Source: Adineta vaga
Lineage: Eukaryota; Animalia; Rotifera
Assembly: GCA_021613535.1 (NCBI GenBank)
Contig: CP075497.1
Location: 1,736,001 to 1,800,000 of the forward strand
Length of the DNA stretch: 64,000 nucleotides
Reading direction: 5' to 3'
In this document: positions 24,929 to 35,800 of the stretch, piece by piece
Numbering within the stretch: position 1 is the first letter of the stretch
How the letters are laid out: every line of letters starts with the position of its first letter
Position numbers and translations under genes: made by a program
Notes under the pieces: model-generated
What the model saw: the letters and a program-made list of their open reading frames with translations, nothing else
Told to the model about the DNA's origin: nothing
Database searches by the model: none

Positions 24929-25923
24929 ATGGATTTATCGACTGTTTCTCGGTTATTAAATACCTATTTGATTCCATTGATAGTTCTCTTTGGTGTCATT
25001 GGAAATATTCTTAGTATTCTTATCTTTACTCGTCCTTCTCTTCGACGTTCATGTTCAATTTATTTCTTAGTAGGCTCAATCAATGGTCTTATTATTCTTT
25101 TATTTGGCGGAATAACACGTTGGTTATCTGATGGTTTTCTCGGTATAAATCCTACAACAAATTCACTTGTATATTGCCGTTTTCGTTCTTATTTTGTTTA
25201 TGTTATTTACAATATTGCTCCTTATTTAACCGCATGTATAACAATTGATCGCTATTGTTCAAGTTGTTCGAATGCAAATATTCGTCGTTTTAGTTCTCGT
25301 ATAAGTCTTGCTTATCTAATTGTATCATTAATTATTTTAATTACATCCATCGCTTATATTCATATGGTATTTCGGTTTACTATTGTTAATTCAGTCTGTC
25401 GACCTGAACCGGGATTTTACGCGGAATTCTTTCCTTTTTTTACAACAGGGTATTATTTCTTTGCAATTATTCTGATTCTTATCTTTGGACTTGGTACAAG
25501 TTATAATATTCGTTCACAACGTCGAAGAATTCAACCAATAACCATGTTAGAAAAACGAACTCTCCGAGGTGATACTCAATTATTACTCTTATTATTAGTA
25601 CATGTTATCTGTTATATATCACTTGCTTTACCTTATCATATATCATTGGTTTTCGGAACAATTTATCCAACATTAACTGTAAATATAACATTTCGATTTG
25701 TTCAAAATATAACTGTTATTACATTAAATCTTAGTCAAGCGGTAAGTTAAGAGATTTGAATTTATTGAATAAATATTTCTTTTCGCTTTAGATTAATTTT
25801 TATGTATTCACATTAACAGCAAGTTTATATCGAAAAGAACTTGTTAAACTTCTTCAACGAATGAAAACAAAACATTGGACGAAACAAACGATGGGACATT
25901 TTGCGAATACAACAGTACATTAA
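24929..25923 (+). CDS. Rhodopsin-like (class A) GPCR, paralog A2
   Basis: Same architecture and intron position as 22944-23945; long identical stretch NIRSQRRRIQPITMLE...LALPYHISLVFG. Confidence 0.9.
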
Positions 25924-26308
25924 ATTTCTCTGTAAATTCATTTGTTGTTCGCAGTTAATAAAAAATCTAGGATTCAATGAATATCAAATGCTTTCATTAG
26001 ACTCGTCGTGAAATTAAAGTACATCTGATCAGATTAATTTTAGATTTGCACTTCCGTTTCCTTTCCACTGTTTGATCTGAAGGATGGTTTTCAAAAGAAT
26101 ACTGATGAAAGATTTTTTTCAGCGTCACATAGTTCATTCACGATGATAGCCTGTCGGTAGGAAAGGATGAGGAGTCAAGAATTCCTCGATTCAAAACTTA
26201 CGGCAATGATCTTTCTTCAAGAAAAAGATCTAGAGGATTAGTTTATTAGCGTATTTCAAAAATACAATTTTTTTTCTTTCGAGATTAAGAAGAAAACAAA
26301 AAGAAAGT

Positions 26309-26779
26309 TTAATGTTGTTGTGATGAAGCACCAAGACTTCCGAAAAGTCCAACACGTTCTCGACTATTTGACCTTGGAGGACGAATGATATTATCATAAT
26401 TAATGTCTGGTTGATGTGCTGGTAGATCTTCTGAATGTGATTTTTTTACACGAAGATGCAATTTATGTCCTTCGAGTATACTATATGGAGTTGCTTCTCG
26501 TTGTTTTTCTGCTGTTATTCCTTTTACTGCATCCTGTAAAGTCACAATTTGATTTTCAAGTTCTTTGATATGTAAACGTGATTTCATATCATGATCTCTT
26601 AAACGAATAATTTCATTTTCTAAATATTCAAATCGTTGACTAAGACATTGAATTGGTGTATGATCAATTGTTTGTTTTTTAGATAATTTCGATTTACATG
26701 ATCGACACATATCATTTGAATGATTATTGTCGGTTAAATTATCCATTGATGCTGTTTCGAGTAATGGAGTATAATTCAT
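26309..26779 (-). CDS. Hypothetical coiled-coil protein (156 aa)
   Basis: ATG-initiated ORF with heptad segment LSQRFEYLENEIIRLRDHD...IKELENQIVTLQDAVK and gene-like composition; CRE-like TGACGTCA upstream near 26906. Confidence 0.6.
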   Translation of the reverse strand: MNYTPLLETASMDNLTDNNHSNDMCRSCKSKLSKKQTIDHTPIQCLSQRFEYLENEIIRLRDHDMKSRLHIKELENQIVTLQDAVKGITAEKQREATPYSILEGHKLHLRVKKSHSEDLPAHQPDINYDNIIRPPRSNSRERVGLFGSLGASSQQH

Positions 26780-27340
26780 TGGGTATAAAATGTTTGGAAA
26801 GAGAGAAGTATTTGTATTTGATCAAATCGATTACCGTGTTTCAGTGAATATGAAACGAGAAAAATGAAGCAGAAAGTTTCTTTGCAAGGTAAACAAAATG
26901 TAATATGACGTCATTAATATCTGTTCTAAAAGGTTAAGAATCTTCTTTGAAGCGTATCCAATTGTTTAATTTGTTAGCGTAAATTATTTACTTGATTATG
27001 CTGCTCGCATTACAATGATTGGTCCATTAGTAAACTCATGAATATTTCCTTTTACGATAAAGATCTCATCTGGAGTCTAGAGAATCAGCAAAATTGTGAT
27101 TTGAAATCATTTATTCGATGAACAATAGGTAGGATATTGACTTCAAATAGTTATTAAATTAATGTTTACACTTTGAGATTTGCTTAACATCTATAATATC
27201 TTAATATAGGTGTTTGCATCTATGAGTAACAAATCTATCAGCAATTATGTTTGTAGGTGCTTTCCTAAACTCGATAATGTATGATAACTTTTTAGAGCAG
27301 GCGCTTTTTATTCTTTCTTTTTTTGCTTCGAAATAAATTC

Positions 27341-27709
27341 ATGGTAGAACCAGTAACAGTTATTGTTCTCGCTATTAATGTAATAAGTTTCATTAAATTT
27401 GGTATAGATTTAGTAAAAGGATGGTTTCGTAAAGAACCATCGCCAACAACAATTCCATCTCTATCTAAAATAACACATTCACCAACATTTATTCAATCTA
27501 ATCTGAATACTGAATATAAGTCAATTAAAAGTCGCGATTCAAGACGGAAAGAAAATCAATCAATATCAAGTGGCTTATCTCTTAGTATTATATTATTTCT
27601 TGGAATTCTTCTTGCAAGTATTGCTTATTTTATTCATCGAAAACGAAAACAAATTGATCAATCTGAAAGACGACGGAATTCTTTACCTAGTCCACCATCA
27701 TCACCTTAA
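27341..27709 (+). CDS. Small membrane protein with two hydrophobic segments
   Basis: ATG at 27341; N-terminal hydrophobic stretch, S/T/P-rich linker, TM LSIILFLGILLASIAYFI followed by basic HRKRK. Confidence 0.55.
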   Translation: MVEPVTVIVLAINVISFIKFGIDLVKGWFRKEPSPTTIPSLSKITHSPTFIQSNLNTEYKSIKSRDSRRKENQSISSGLSLSIILFLGILLASIAYFIHRKRKQIDQSERRRNSLPSPPSSP

Positions 27710-27838
27710 ACATGTTTCTTCATCAATAGATGTCACTATTGACCAGTTTGTCCTTGTATATTTATGGATTGGTTCTAGTTCAAAAGAACCAGCTGCTAAA
27801 TTTCTATTTGGTTATAGATAGTATAGTATTATTTTTTT

Positions 27839-28315
27839 ATGCTTGATAAGCGCATGATGCGTGTAAAAGAATGTCTATGGTTAACTTTATTTTTTTGTAG
27901 TGCTTTTGTTGTTATTATTTATTTATCTCGTCGAAGTTCAACTCCAACTATGGGATCATTATTTTCATCAACTCCTCGATCATCCGATTCATCTGTTAGT
28001 AGTCATATTCAAGAATTAATTCACCAATATCCTGTGATGGTTTTTTCCAAATCTTATTGTCCGTATTCAAAACGAGCCAAAGATATTTTATCGAAATATA
28101 AATTAGGCAAAAATTATCATGTTTTAGAACTTGATCAATTATCATCGAAAGGAGACGATTATCAAAATGAACTTGGAAAATTGACAGGTGCAAGAACGGT
28201 ACCAAGAGTTTTTATTCAAGGAAAGTGTATTGGTGGTGGTGATGATACAAGTGCTTTAGACAAACGAGGAGAATTGGAAAGATTACTAAGGAATGCCAAT
28301 GCTATTGTTGATTGA
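27839..28315 (+). CDS. Monothiol glutaredoxin (CPYS) with N-terminal signal anchor
   Basis: PVMVFSKSYCPYSKRAK, TGARTVPRVFIQGKCIGGGDD. Confidence 0.93.
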   Translation: MLDKRMMRVKECLWLTLFFCSAFVVIIYLSRRSSTPTMGSLFSSTPRSSDSSVSSHIQELIHQYPVMVFSKSYCPYSKRAKDILSKYKLGKNYHVLELDQLSSKGDDYQNELGKLTGARTVPRVFIQGKCIGGGDDTSALDKRGELERLLRNANAIVD

Positions 28316-28657
28316 TACGTGAAACGATTTGCTTCTTATAGACTTTGTTGCTTTCTAAGACATTTTTGATTATATAAAAGACAAAAGAATGTGTATCATT
28401 TTGTTTCTTTTTTATATAAAAAAAAATATAAAGTTTGAGATGTCGCTAAAGACAGACATATTTGAAATAATCGTGTAAGTATTTCGAACTCTATTGTTTT
28501 TACGAATGAATTACTTGACCAACTGATTGGATGGCAATGTTCGTATTGAATTCGAGAAACGGTTATAAAGACTAACTATTCGACTTTAGTTACTACTATT
28601 TTTTTATCTACACGTGTATAAACACGTGATTGATTGACCTCATTACTTTTTTTCTAG

Positions 28658-30236
28658 ATGTCTCGTATTATGAATAAAGTTCGTTCCGGTTTGGAAACCG
28701 TTGGTTTAAAACCTCATAAACGTGACGATCATCCCAAAACTGATGAGTAATTCTTCGAAAAACTGTAATGAAATAAATTAAAATTTCTCTTTGTTTAGAT
28801 CAATTAAACACAAACGTAGTAAAGTTCTTGCATTGGTTTTAGCCGGTGGTGAAGGTGGTCGTCTCGATGTTCTCACAGAACAACGAGCAAAACCAGCTCT
28901 TCCATTTGGTGGAAGTCTTCGTTTAATTGATTTTGCTATGAGTAATTGCCGTCATTCACGTTTATCGGATGTTTGGCTTATCGAACAATATGAACTTCAT
29001 GAATTAAATGAACATTTAGCCAATGGACGTCCTTGGGATATGGATCGAACATATGGTGGTCTTCAAGTTTTACCCCCTTTTGAAATTCATGACAAAGACA
29101 AGAAGAAAGATGGTGGGAAAGATAAAGATAAAGGTAAAGATGGCGGAAAAGATGAAAATAAAGACAAGAAAAGTAAAGATGACAAAGAAGGAAGTAAGTC
29201 GATAGAAATGAAATAGGAAAATATATTTTTTTTCATCTTTTCGATAGATGGATCTGATCATGGTGGATTTGCTGAAGGCAATGCTGATGCTATTTATCGT
29301 CATCGTCGTTTATTAAGAAAATTTGAACCTGATCTTTTACTAGTTTTAAGTGCTGATCATATTTATAAACTTGACTTTCGTGATGTCATCGATTTTCATG
29401 AAGATCACAATGCTGATGTCACAATGGTAACAACAAAATTACCTGAAGGAGATACGGCAACACGTTTTGGTGTTGTTGAAGTTAGTGAAGATGGTCGTGT
29501 CGCTAATTTCGAATATAAACCAAAACAACCAAAGTCAGATTTAGTTACAGCTGAAGTCTTTGTTTATGATTTTCCAAAATTAATGGAAACACTAGATGAT
29601 TTAGCTGATGATGGTGAATTAAAAGATTATGGTGAAGGTTTATTACCCGAATTAGTTAAACAAGGTAATACTTGGGAATTTCGTCTAAATAGTTATTGGA
29701 GAGACGTTGGTATTCCTGAAAGTTACTGGAAAGCAAGTATGGATTTAATTTTCAAAAGACAGGAATTAAATCTCGATGATCCTGAATGGGCAATTCTCAC
29801 ACGTAGTACTGTAAGAATATCTTCATCGATTTGTCCTCTTTAAAAAACACACAGAAATTTCTTTTTTGAATTTTAGCAACGTTTACCAGCATTTATTTCT
29901 GAAACAGCTCGTTTCGACAATTGTCTTATATCACCCGGTTGTACTATTGCTGGAACAGTTATACGATCAGTTATTGGACCTGGTTGTGTTATTGAAGCAG
30001 GAGCTGTAGTTTGTGATTCAATTCTCTTCGATGAAGTTCACGTCGAAGCCGATGCGACAATTGAACGATCAATAATTGATGAAAAAGTTATTATTGGAAA
30101 GGGATCTTTCATTGGTGGAAGAACTGGAGTTGGAGAAAAGAAAGAATTAACAATGATTGGAAAGAAGATTAAAATTGCTCATCATACAACTGTTCCTCCT
30201 GGAGAAAAAATTAGTCCAGAAAAGCCGAAAGATTAA
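28658..30236 (+). CDS. glgC: Glucose-1-phosphate adenylyltransferase (ADP-glucose pyrophosphorylase), bacterial type, with 3 spliceosomal introns
   Basis: [67 protein letters not shown] and C-terminal beta-helix repeats; introns 28747-28798, 29194-29247, 29811-29876. Confidence 0.93.
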
Positions 30237-30290
30237 ATTTTTAATATTGTTTTTTTTTGAAGTTTTATTTTATTCACGCAAATTAAAATA

Positions 30291-31697
30291 TCATTCCAAT
30301 ATATTCATCGATAGTTCACATAGAATTTCGTCGTCTCTGGCAAATGAATGTGGAATTAATATTTGTTCAAAGATTTCATTTGCCGTATGAGCCATTCCAC
30401 CTAATTTCGATTCGATTATATCTTGATTTATTTCAATTGGCCATGTTGTCCAACTTGTAATTGCTACGTGTGTATTCTCATCAACAATTGTTTGATTAAT
30501 TAAAAAATTTAGAACGTTTATTAAACTCAATTCTTGCATTTGATTTCGTGTAAGATTCGAATATTTGGATTTTGCATCAAGATTTAAAATAATTCGTGAT
30601 GAAAGAATTTCGGCGACACAATTATCATTTTCTACACATTGATCAACTAAATTAATTCCAAAGGAAATATTTAATTCATTTAATATTTGTTTATTTAGAC
30701 GAAGAACTTCTAATGAATAAGATGTTATATAAGTTAAATCCATATCCATATAAACAACTTCAGGACAAGTATTTTTCGAACAAAGTAATTGAATTAAATC
30801 TTTTAAATATTGACTATCATGATGACAAGGATTTGTAACATATCGATAAGCATAATCAAAATCTTGAGCATATGGATATTTTTCATAGAGAAGATCTAAA
30901 CAAAGTTCATCTCTCCATTCCCAACCTTCGATAACATTCCAATTGATTTGTATTTGTGGAATTTTTGTTGAATTAAATTTTCTATTCATTATTGAAATAT
31001 ATTTTAGATAATCATTCATTAAATTTTCGATACGATTCGAACCCGCTTGAGGACAAGGATCAACACGTGCGAAGTTTTTTCGATCATTCCAAGAAAGATT
31101 TGGATAAATCCATTGAATTGGATCACTTGTTCGATTGATTAATTTATCATAATCAAGATAGGAAACTAAATTTGGCATTCGTTCATCAAAATTTAATAGA
31201 TCAGGTGTATATGTATAACCATCTTTAGTAACAAACCAGCCGTTACCATTTGGATCTTGTCGATCAATTGGATTACAAATTTGAAATATTGTGCAAAAGA
31301 AATTTTCTGTCGTTGGTGATTGACCATAAAGTTCTAATAATGCTAATACATTTCCGTCATAACATTGAGTAAATGCAGGTAAAACAACAATGATTGGGAT
31401 ATTCATTTGACGAAAAGACATTAACATTTCATTGGTCATAAAACCAATTTCAGATGCTTGTAACAAGATTGAACCATTATTATTTCGTAAATGTGATTGA
31501 AGATTTGGCCATAAATTAAAATTAGAATAACTATTTTCATAATGACCATTGACTAATTCTCCTTTTGGTTTATACCAAACATTTGATGCTAATTGATTTG
31601 GACCGAAATCGAATTTACCTTTTCCAAATATCAATTCTATTTGAATAAAACTTATCCAAAGAAGATAACTAGTTCTCATATTTCTATTTTGTGTCAT
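30291..31697 (-). CDS. Intronless secreted protein of unknown function (possible TIM-barrel, glycosidase-like fold)
   Basis: 468-aa ORF with an N-terminal hydrophobic signal and alternating beta/alpha pattern (LLNFDERMP, IQINWNV, VVYMDMD, ISFGINLVD, VAITSWTTWP). Product not recognised. Confidence 0.7.
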   Translation of the reverse strand: MTQNRNMRTSYLLWISFIQIELIFGKGKFDFGPNQLASNVWYKPKGELVNGHYENSYSNFNLWPNLQSHLRNNNGSILLQASEIGFMTNEMLMSFRQMNIPIIVVLPAFTQCYDGNVLALLELYGQSPTTENFFCTIFQICNPIDRQDPNGNGWFVTKDGYTYTPDLLNFDERMPNLVSYLDYDKLINRTSDPIQWIYPNLSWNDRKNFARVDPCPQAGSNRIENLMNDYLKYISIMNRKFNSTKIPQIQINWNVIEGWEWRDELCLDLLYEKYPYAQDFDYAYRYVTNPCHHDSQYLKDLIQLLCSKNTCPEVVYMDMDLTYITSYSLEVLRLNKQILNELNISFGINLVDQCVENDNCVAEILSSRIILNLDAKSKYSNLTRNQMQELSLINVLNFLINQTIVDENTHVAITSWTTWPIEINQDIIESKLGGMAHTANEIFEQILIPHSFARDDEILCELSMNILE

Positions 31698-31799
31698 TTG
31701 ACTGAAAGATAAGGAAGATTTATTTACGAATGATAAATAAAAATGTTTTAAAATTCAAAGATTTTATTTCAAAGAAAAAAAACGATAAAAGAAAACATT

Positions 31800-34298
31800 T
31801 TAAAGACGTTGACGAATATCTTCAATCAATGTATTGACATTTTTTGAATCTCTAGTAACTAATGTATTGATTTGTTTTCGTGCTTTTTGTACAATTCCAT
31901 GCCATAATGATGAATAGGTTGCAAAACGAGTTTCAAGTAGAAGAACAATGATGATGGAATTAATTATTTGTTTATCGATATCTTTATCGATTGATCGAAA
32001 AGAAGAAATTGATTTTCCAGTTAATTTCGCAATGTCATCATCATTAAGATTCCATAGACCATCGTATTCTTGTTTTTTAATTAAATCACGAACAATATCT
32101 GCATCATTTATAGAGCATTTGTCTTCAACTTCGAGTGTTCTTTTGGATCTATCTCTGACAGGAGATCTTGAACGAGATCGAATTCTTCTTCGACTTTGAC
32201 TTCGCATTAGAATTGGACTTCGCATTTGACATGTTTCCAAGGCAGCCAGTTTTTGATAACGGCAATATCGATTTGAATCAACTAATGGAATAGAACACGA
32301 CACAAAAGGACTGCTACTCTCGCGGTATAAGTGGGATGCCGTCACTAATATTGGAGCTTGAGCAGCACGTACAGAATGTCGATAACGTTTACCTCCAAGT
32401 GACTTTTGTAAATGTTGATCGTCAGCAGATATCTGAATGGGAACTTCACGTAAGACCATTTCGTCGTTGTTTGTATTCGTTCGTTTTTCAATGCCGATAA
32501 ATGCTGTGTATGGACTAAGAATATGATATTTTATTGATAATTCAATAATACGTTGTTTTGTTGTTTGTTTATCTGTTACAGTTTGAATTGATTCGTCGTT
32601 TGATGTTGTTAGATTTTGAAAACGTGCTTGTGTTGAACCTAATTGAGGTGTTTCATCACTTGATGATAAAGTTTTACTATGTTGTAATTCAAGAATCAAT
32701 GCTTTAGCTGCTAAACGTGCAATTGTTGCATTTTCAACAATATTTGGTATTCGATCAATATTCGCTGTTGTTACTAAACGATCGGTTGATTTGTCTTTTA
32801 AAATAACCGTAGAATTATGATCAAATGGAATTGTTTGATCATCAATTAAAGCATAAACAATTAAACGATCATTAAAATAAACAGGTGGTAATTCTTTTGG
32901 TGCAGATTGTACAGGAATTCCTAAATTCCATTGAACATCAAGATTTGTAATACATGGCTGAAGTGCATATTGTAATTGTTGTCCAACATATGTATCAACA
33001 TTTGAATTGGGTGAAATAAAAACAAATCGACCATTGGTTGATCGAGCAAGTCCTTTTACCAATGATCGACTTGGCGATTTTCCTAAACCAAATGAAAAGA
33101 TTCGTGTCGATGTTGACATTGATCGACACAAATCAAGTACTTCAGTTACATTAGATATTTCACCATCAGTTAATAGAAATACTTGACGAGCACGATTTTC
33201 ACGCGGCGAATCTTTTTGTAACCATTGAAGTGGTGATAATAATTCCGTTCCACCTAAATCTGCTTTCATAGAATTAATAAGTTGTTCAGCTTTTTGAGCA
33301 TTTGTTTGATTATAAACAACCGTAATTTCGGGAAAAAGACTTCGATAATTTGAACCAAATCGAATAATATTAAAATAAGAATCCATTGGTAAACTTTTAA
33401 GAAAAAGTAACATCGCTTGCCGTGCTAAACCAATTTTATTTTCATCTTCCATTGATCCACTACAATCAATAATGAAAATAAATTCATTGATTTGATTTGC
33501 ATTGAATTCTTCTGGAGAATTTTCTTCAGTTGGAGTAAAAACAGCCATGACTGCATGAGGTTCAACAGCAATGATTGTATTCGTTCGTTTTGATGATAAT
33601 TCAATATTAAGAAGAATATCACGATCTAAATGAGTAGTTTCTTGTGACAATGTAATTACATAAGAATCTTCTTGGGAAAAATCAATTTGAATTGGATGTG
33701 ATGGAGAATTAACTTGAGTTATGTATTGATCTAATTTATCAATTGAACAACGAAATTCTATTGTATAAGGCGTTGTTTGAACATAGTTCGAAGTTGTACC
33801 TGCTGGTGAAGCAATACTTTGTTTATTTGGATTATAACGTGGTGCAATTGTTGTTGGAATAACAAATCGAATCGTTGATCCTTGTACAAATTCTAATTCC
33901 GTCACATAGGAAATCATAATTGTACATTCTTTTGATGGTGGTAAAGCACCGACATTAATGATGAAATTATCCTGAGAATTTTCATCTTGTTCGAAAAGAT
34001 AAGCACCATGACCTTGTTGTAATGCATTGGAATAATCTTGTTGTGCTTCTTGTTTTTCTTTTAATTGAGCACTTATTTCTCGATCATCAATACGAGCATG
34101 AAATGAATAAATTGCAGCTTTTTCTTCAATGGGAAAACAATAAACAGCTTCGATTGCTTTTGTTTCATCATTACGAAAGATTTGGGTTATTGTAACATCA
34201 GCACCAAACGAATGAATCTTTGCATTAACATTGACTTTTTTCAATGGAACAGAAGTTTCTTCATCAAGATCTAACGACGTTGATTTGATTCGAAGCAT
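31800..34298 (-). CDS. VIT + vWA domain protein (VWA5A-like)
   Basis: VIT: VPLKKVNVNAKI...EAVYCFPIEEKAAIYSF...NVGALPP; vWA MIDAS FIFIIDCSGSM...LGGTE...FLLTDGE; ILSPYTAFIGIE; intronless, 832 aa. Confidence 0.92.
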   Translation of the reverse strand: MLRIKSTSLDLDEETSVPLKKVNVNAKIHSFGADVTITQIFRNDETKAIEAVYCFPIEEKAAIYSFHARIDDREISAQLKEKQEAQQDYSNALQQGHGAYLFEQDENSQDNFIINVGALPPSKECTIMISYVTELEFVQGSTIRFVIPTTIAPRYNPNKQSIASPAGTTSNYVQTTPYTIEFRCSIDKLDQYITQVNSPSHPIQIDFSQEDSYVITLSQETTHLDRDILLNIELSSKRTNTIIAVEPHAVMAVFTPTEENSPEEFNANQINEFIFIIDCSGSMEDENKIGLARQAMLLFLKSLPMDSYFNIIRFGSNYRSLFPEITVVYNQTNAQKAEQLINSMKADLGGTELLSPLQWLQKDSPRENRARQVFLLTDGEISNVTEVLDLCRSMSTSTRIFSFGLGKSPSRSLVKGLARSTNGRFVFISPNSNVDTYVGQQLQYALQPCITNLDVQWNLGIPVQSAPKELPPVYFNDRLIVYALIDDQTIPFDHNSTVILKDKSTDRLVTTANIDRIPNIVENATIARLAAKALILELQHSKTLSSSDETPQLGSTQARFQNLTTSNDESIQTVTDKQTTKQRIIELSIKYHILSPYTAFIGIEKRTNTNNDEMVLREVPIQISADDQHLQKSLGGKRYRHSVRAAQAPILVTASHLYRESSSPFVSCSIPLVDSNRYCRYQKLAALETCQMRSPILMRSQSRRRIRSRSRSPVRDRSKRTLEVEDKCSINDADIVRDLIKKQEYDGLWNLNDDDIAKLTGKSISSFRSIDKDIDKQIINSIIIVLLLETRFATYSSLWHGIVQKARKQINTLVTRDSKNVNTLIEDIRQRL

Positions 34299-35149
34299 TG
34301 TGAATGTATTGCATCTGGGCGTCGCAGATTCATATAGACTCCTTCAAATGATATGAGTCATAAATTACACAAGAAAAATATTTTATATGACTCATCTTGA
34401 AATTCGTTTAGCGTCAGAATAGGAGGACAAGTATGACGTGAAAGACATTCTTTGGTTATTGCGGTAATAAACGACAGATTTCCTTGGAAATATTACAAAG
34501 ATCGTGACATTGTTGAGAGAGAATTCAAATGTGGTAATTTATTTTGGAAATTTAATTTTAATAAACAATCCATCATGAATAAGAAGTTCTATAATTTAAC
34601 TCGAACTTTTATCTAATGTTATAGATGCAGAGTTGTCCGAAAGAGAGAAAAAGGAATGTTGTACTCAATCCAAGGGTATGTATTAATTATTGCTCTATAG
34701 AATCTGTTTTTTTTATTGAGATTATCATTAAATCAGTACAGATGACAAATTTTATCCAAGCTCAGAAATTTCTGTTATATGAACCATTCAAAAGCTCATC
34801 AGACATATTAAAAGTTTCCTTGTAACAAAAGAAAACTTTATTTTAATTGCGTCAATATATTTCATGAACATCATATGTCTTCGCTAACACTTGGGTCTTT
34901 GTAGTTAAACGCTGAACTGTTTTTCTTCGCTATGATATTTTGTACTTAAGATCTATCGAATTATGGGGATTTTACGGATACGAACCGATTAGTAATTGTG
35001 TCAAATATATGATGTTTGTGTCCTCAGTGAAATGAATTAATCGGTGATATATAGAAGCACAAATACATGATAATATACAATAGGTTTTGAAGATGAATCA
35101 CATATAATCTTCGGAAGCAATGAGAAATGAAGATCAAGATATTAATTAT

Positions 35150-35800
35150 AATGCCATTTAAATTTTTGGTCCAATTCTTTGATTAATTTTCTTGTATAGA
35201 ATCATTGTCAAGAATTCTTGACGAAATTCATCAAAGTATATAATAAGAATAAAGGAACATATCAAAGAAAGCAGATTCGATACTTGATGATATAATCACA
35301 ACTAAGAGAACGAAGGTAGTAATACCCAATATAATCGATCTTAGACGTCGATGGATAGACATCATATAACCAAGATACAGAACTGATCTTATCATTTACT
35401 TGATAATAGCAAATAAATAGAAAATCAAAAGAAACAAATTTACATACGATTAAAAAATATTGAAAGATACAAAGATCAGATCTCTTATGTTTGAATCAAT
35501 AAATCAAAGTTCATATTAGCTGATCATAGCAATGTTGTTTTGACAGAGATACAGAGTTTCTCATTCATTTGAACCGGAATCTTATTTCCTGGTATTGATT
35601 AAAAACCATTGATGTGTTCATTACTGATTTTCTTGTTAAATGACACACAAATTATGTGGAGCATAGAAAATTAAAAACTGAGAGCAAGCATCTTTATATT
35701 TGTTCATTTATCTGAAGATAAACTTGTCGAAATTTTGCACTTATGGCAAGTACTCTTTAAAATATCGGAATAATGAACAAGGTAACAGAATTATATAAGT
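35150..35800 (-). pseudogene. Decayed inverted paralog of the 36613/38774 GPCRs
   Basis: Reverse complement of about 35168-35258 (tttgatgaatttcgtcaagaattcttgacaatgattctatacaagaaaattaatcaaagaattggacca) matches 37461-37530. Weaker matches further in; no ORF. Confidence 0.65.

Noticed and set aside
28658-31697. Bacterial contamination as the explanation for glgC and its neighbour
   Set aside because: glgC has three spliceosomal introns and host-like composition, and is contiguous with animal genes.
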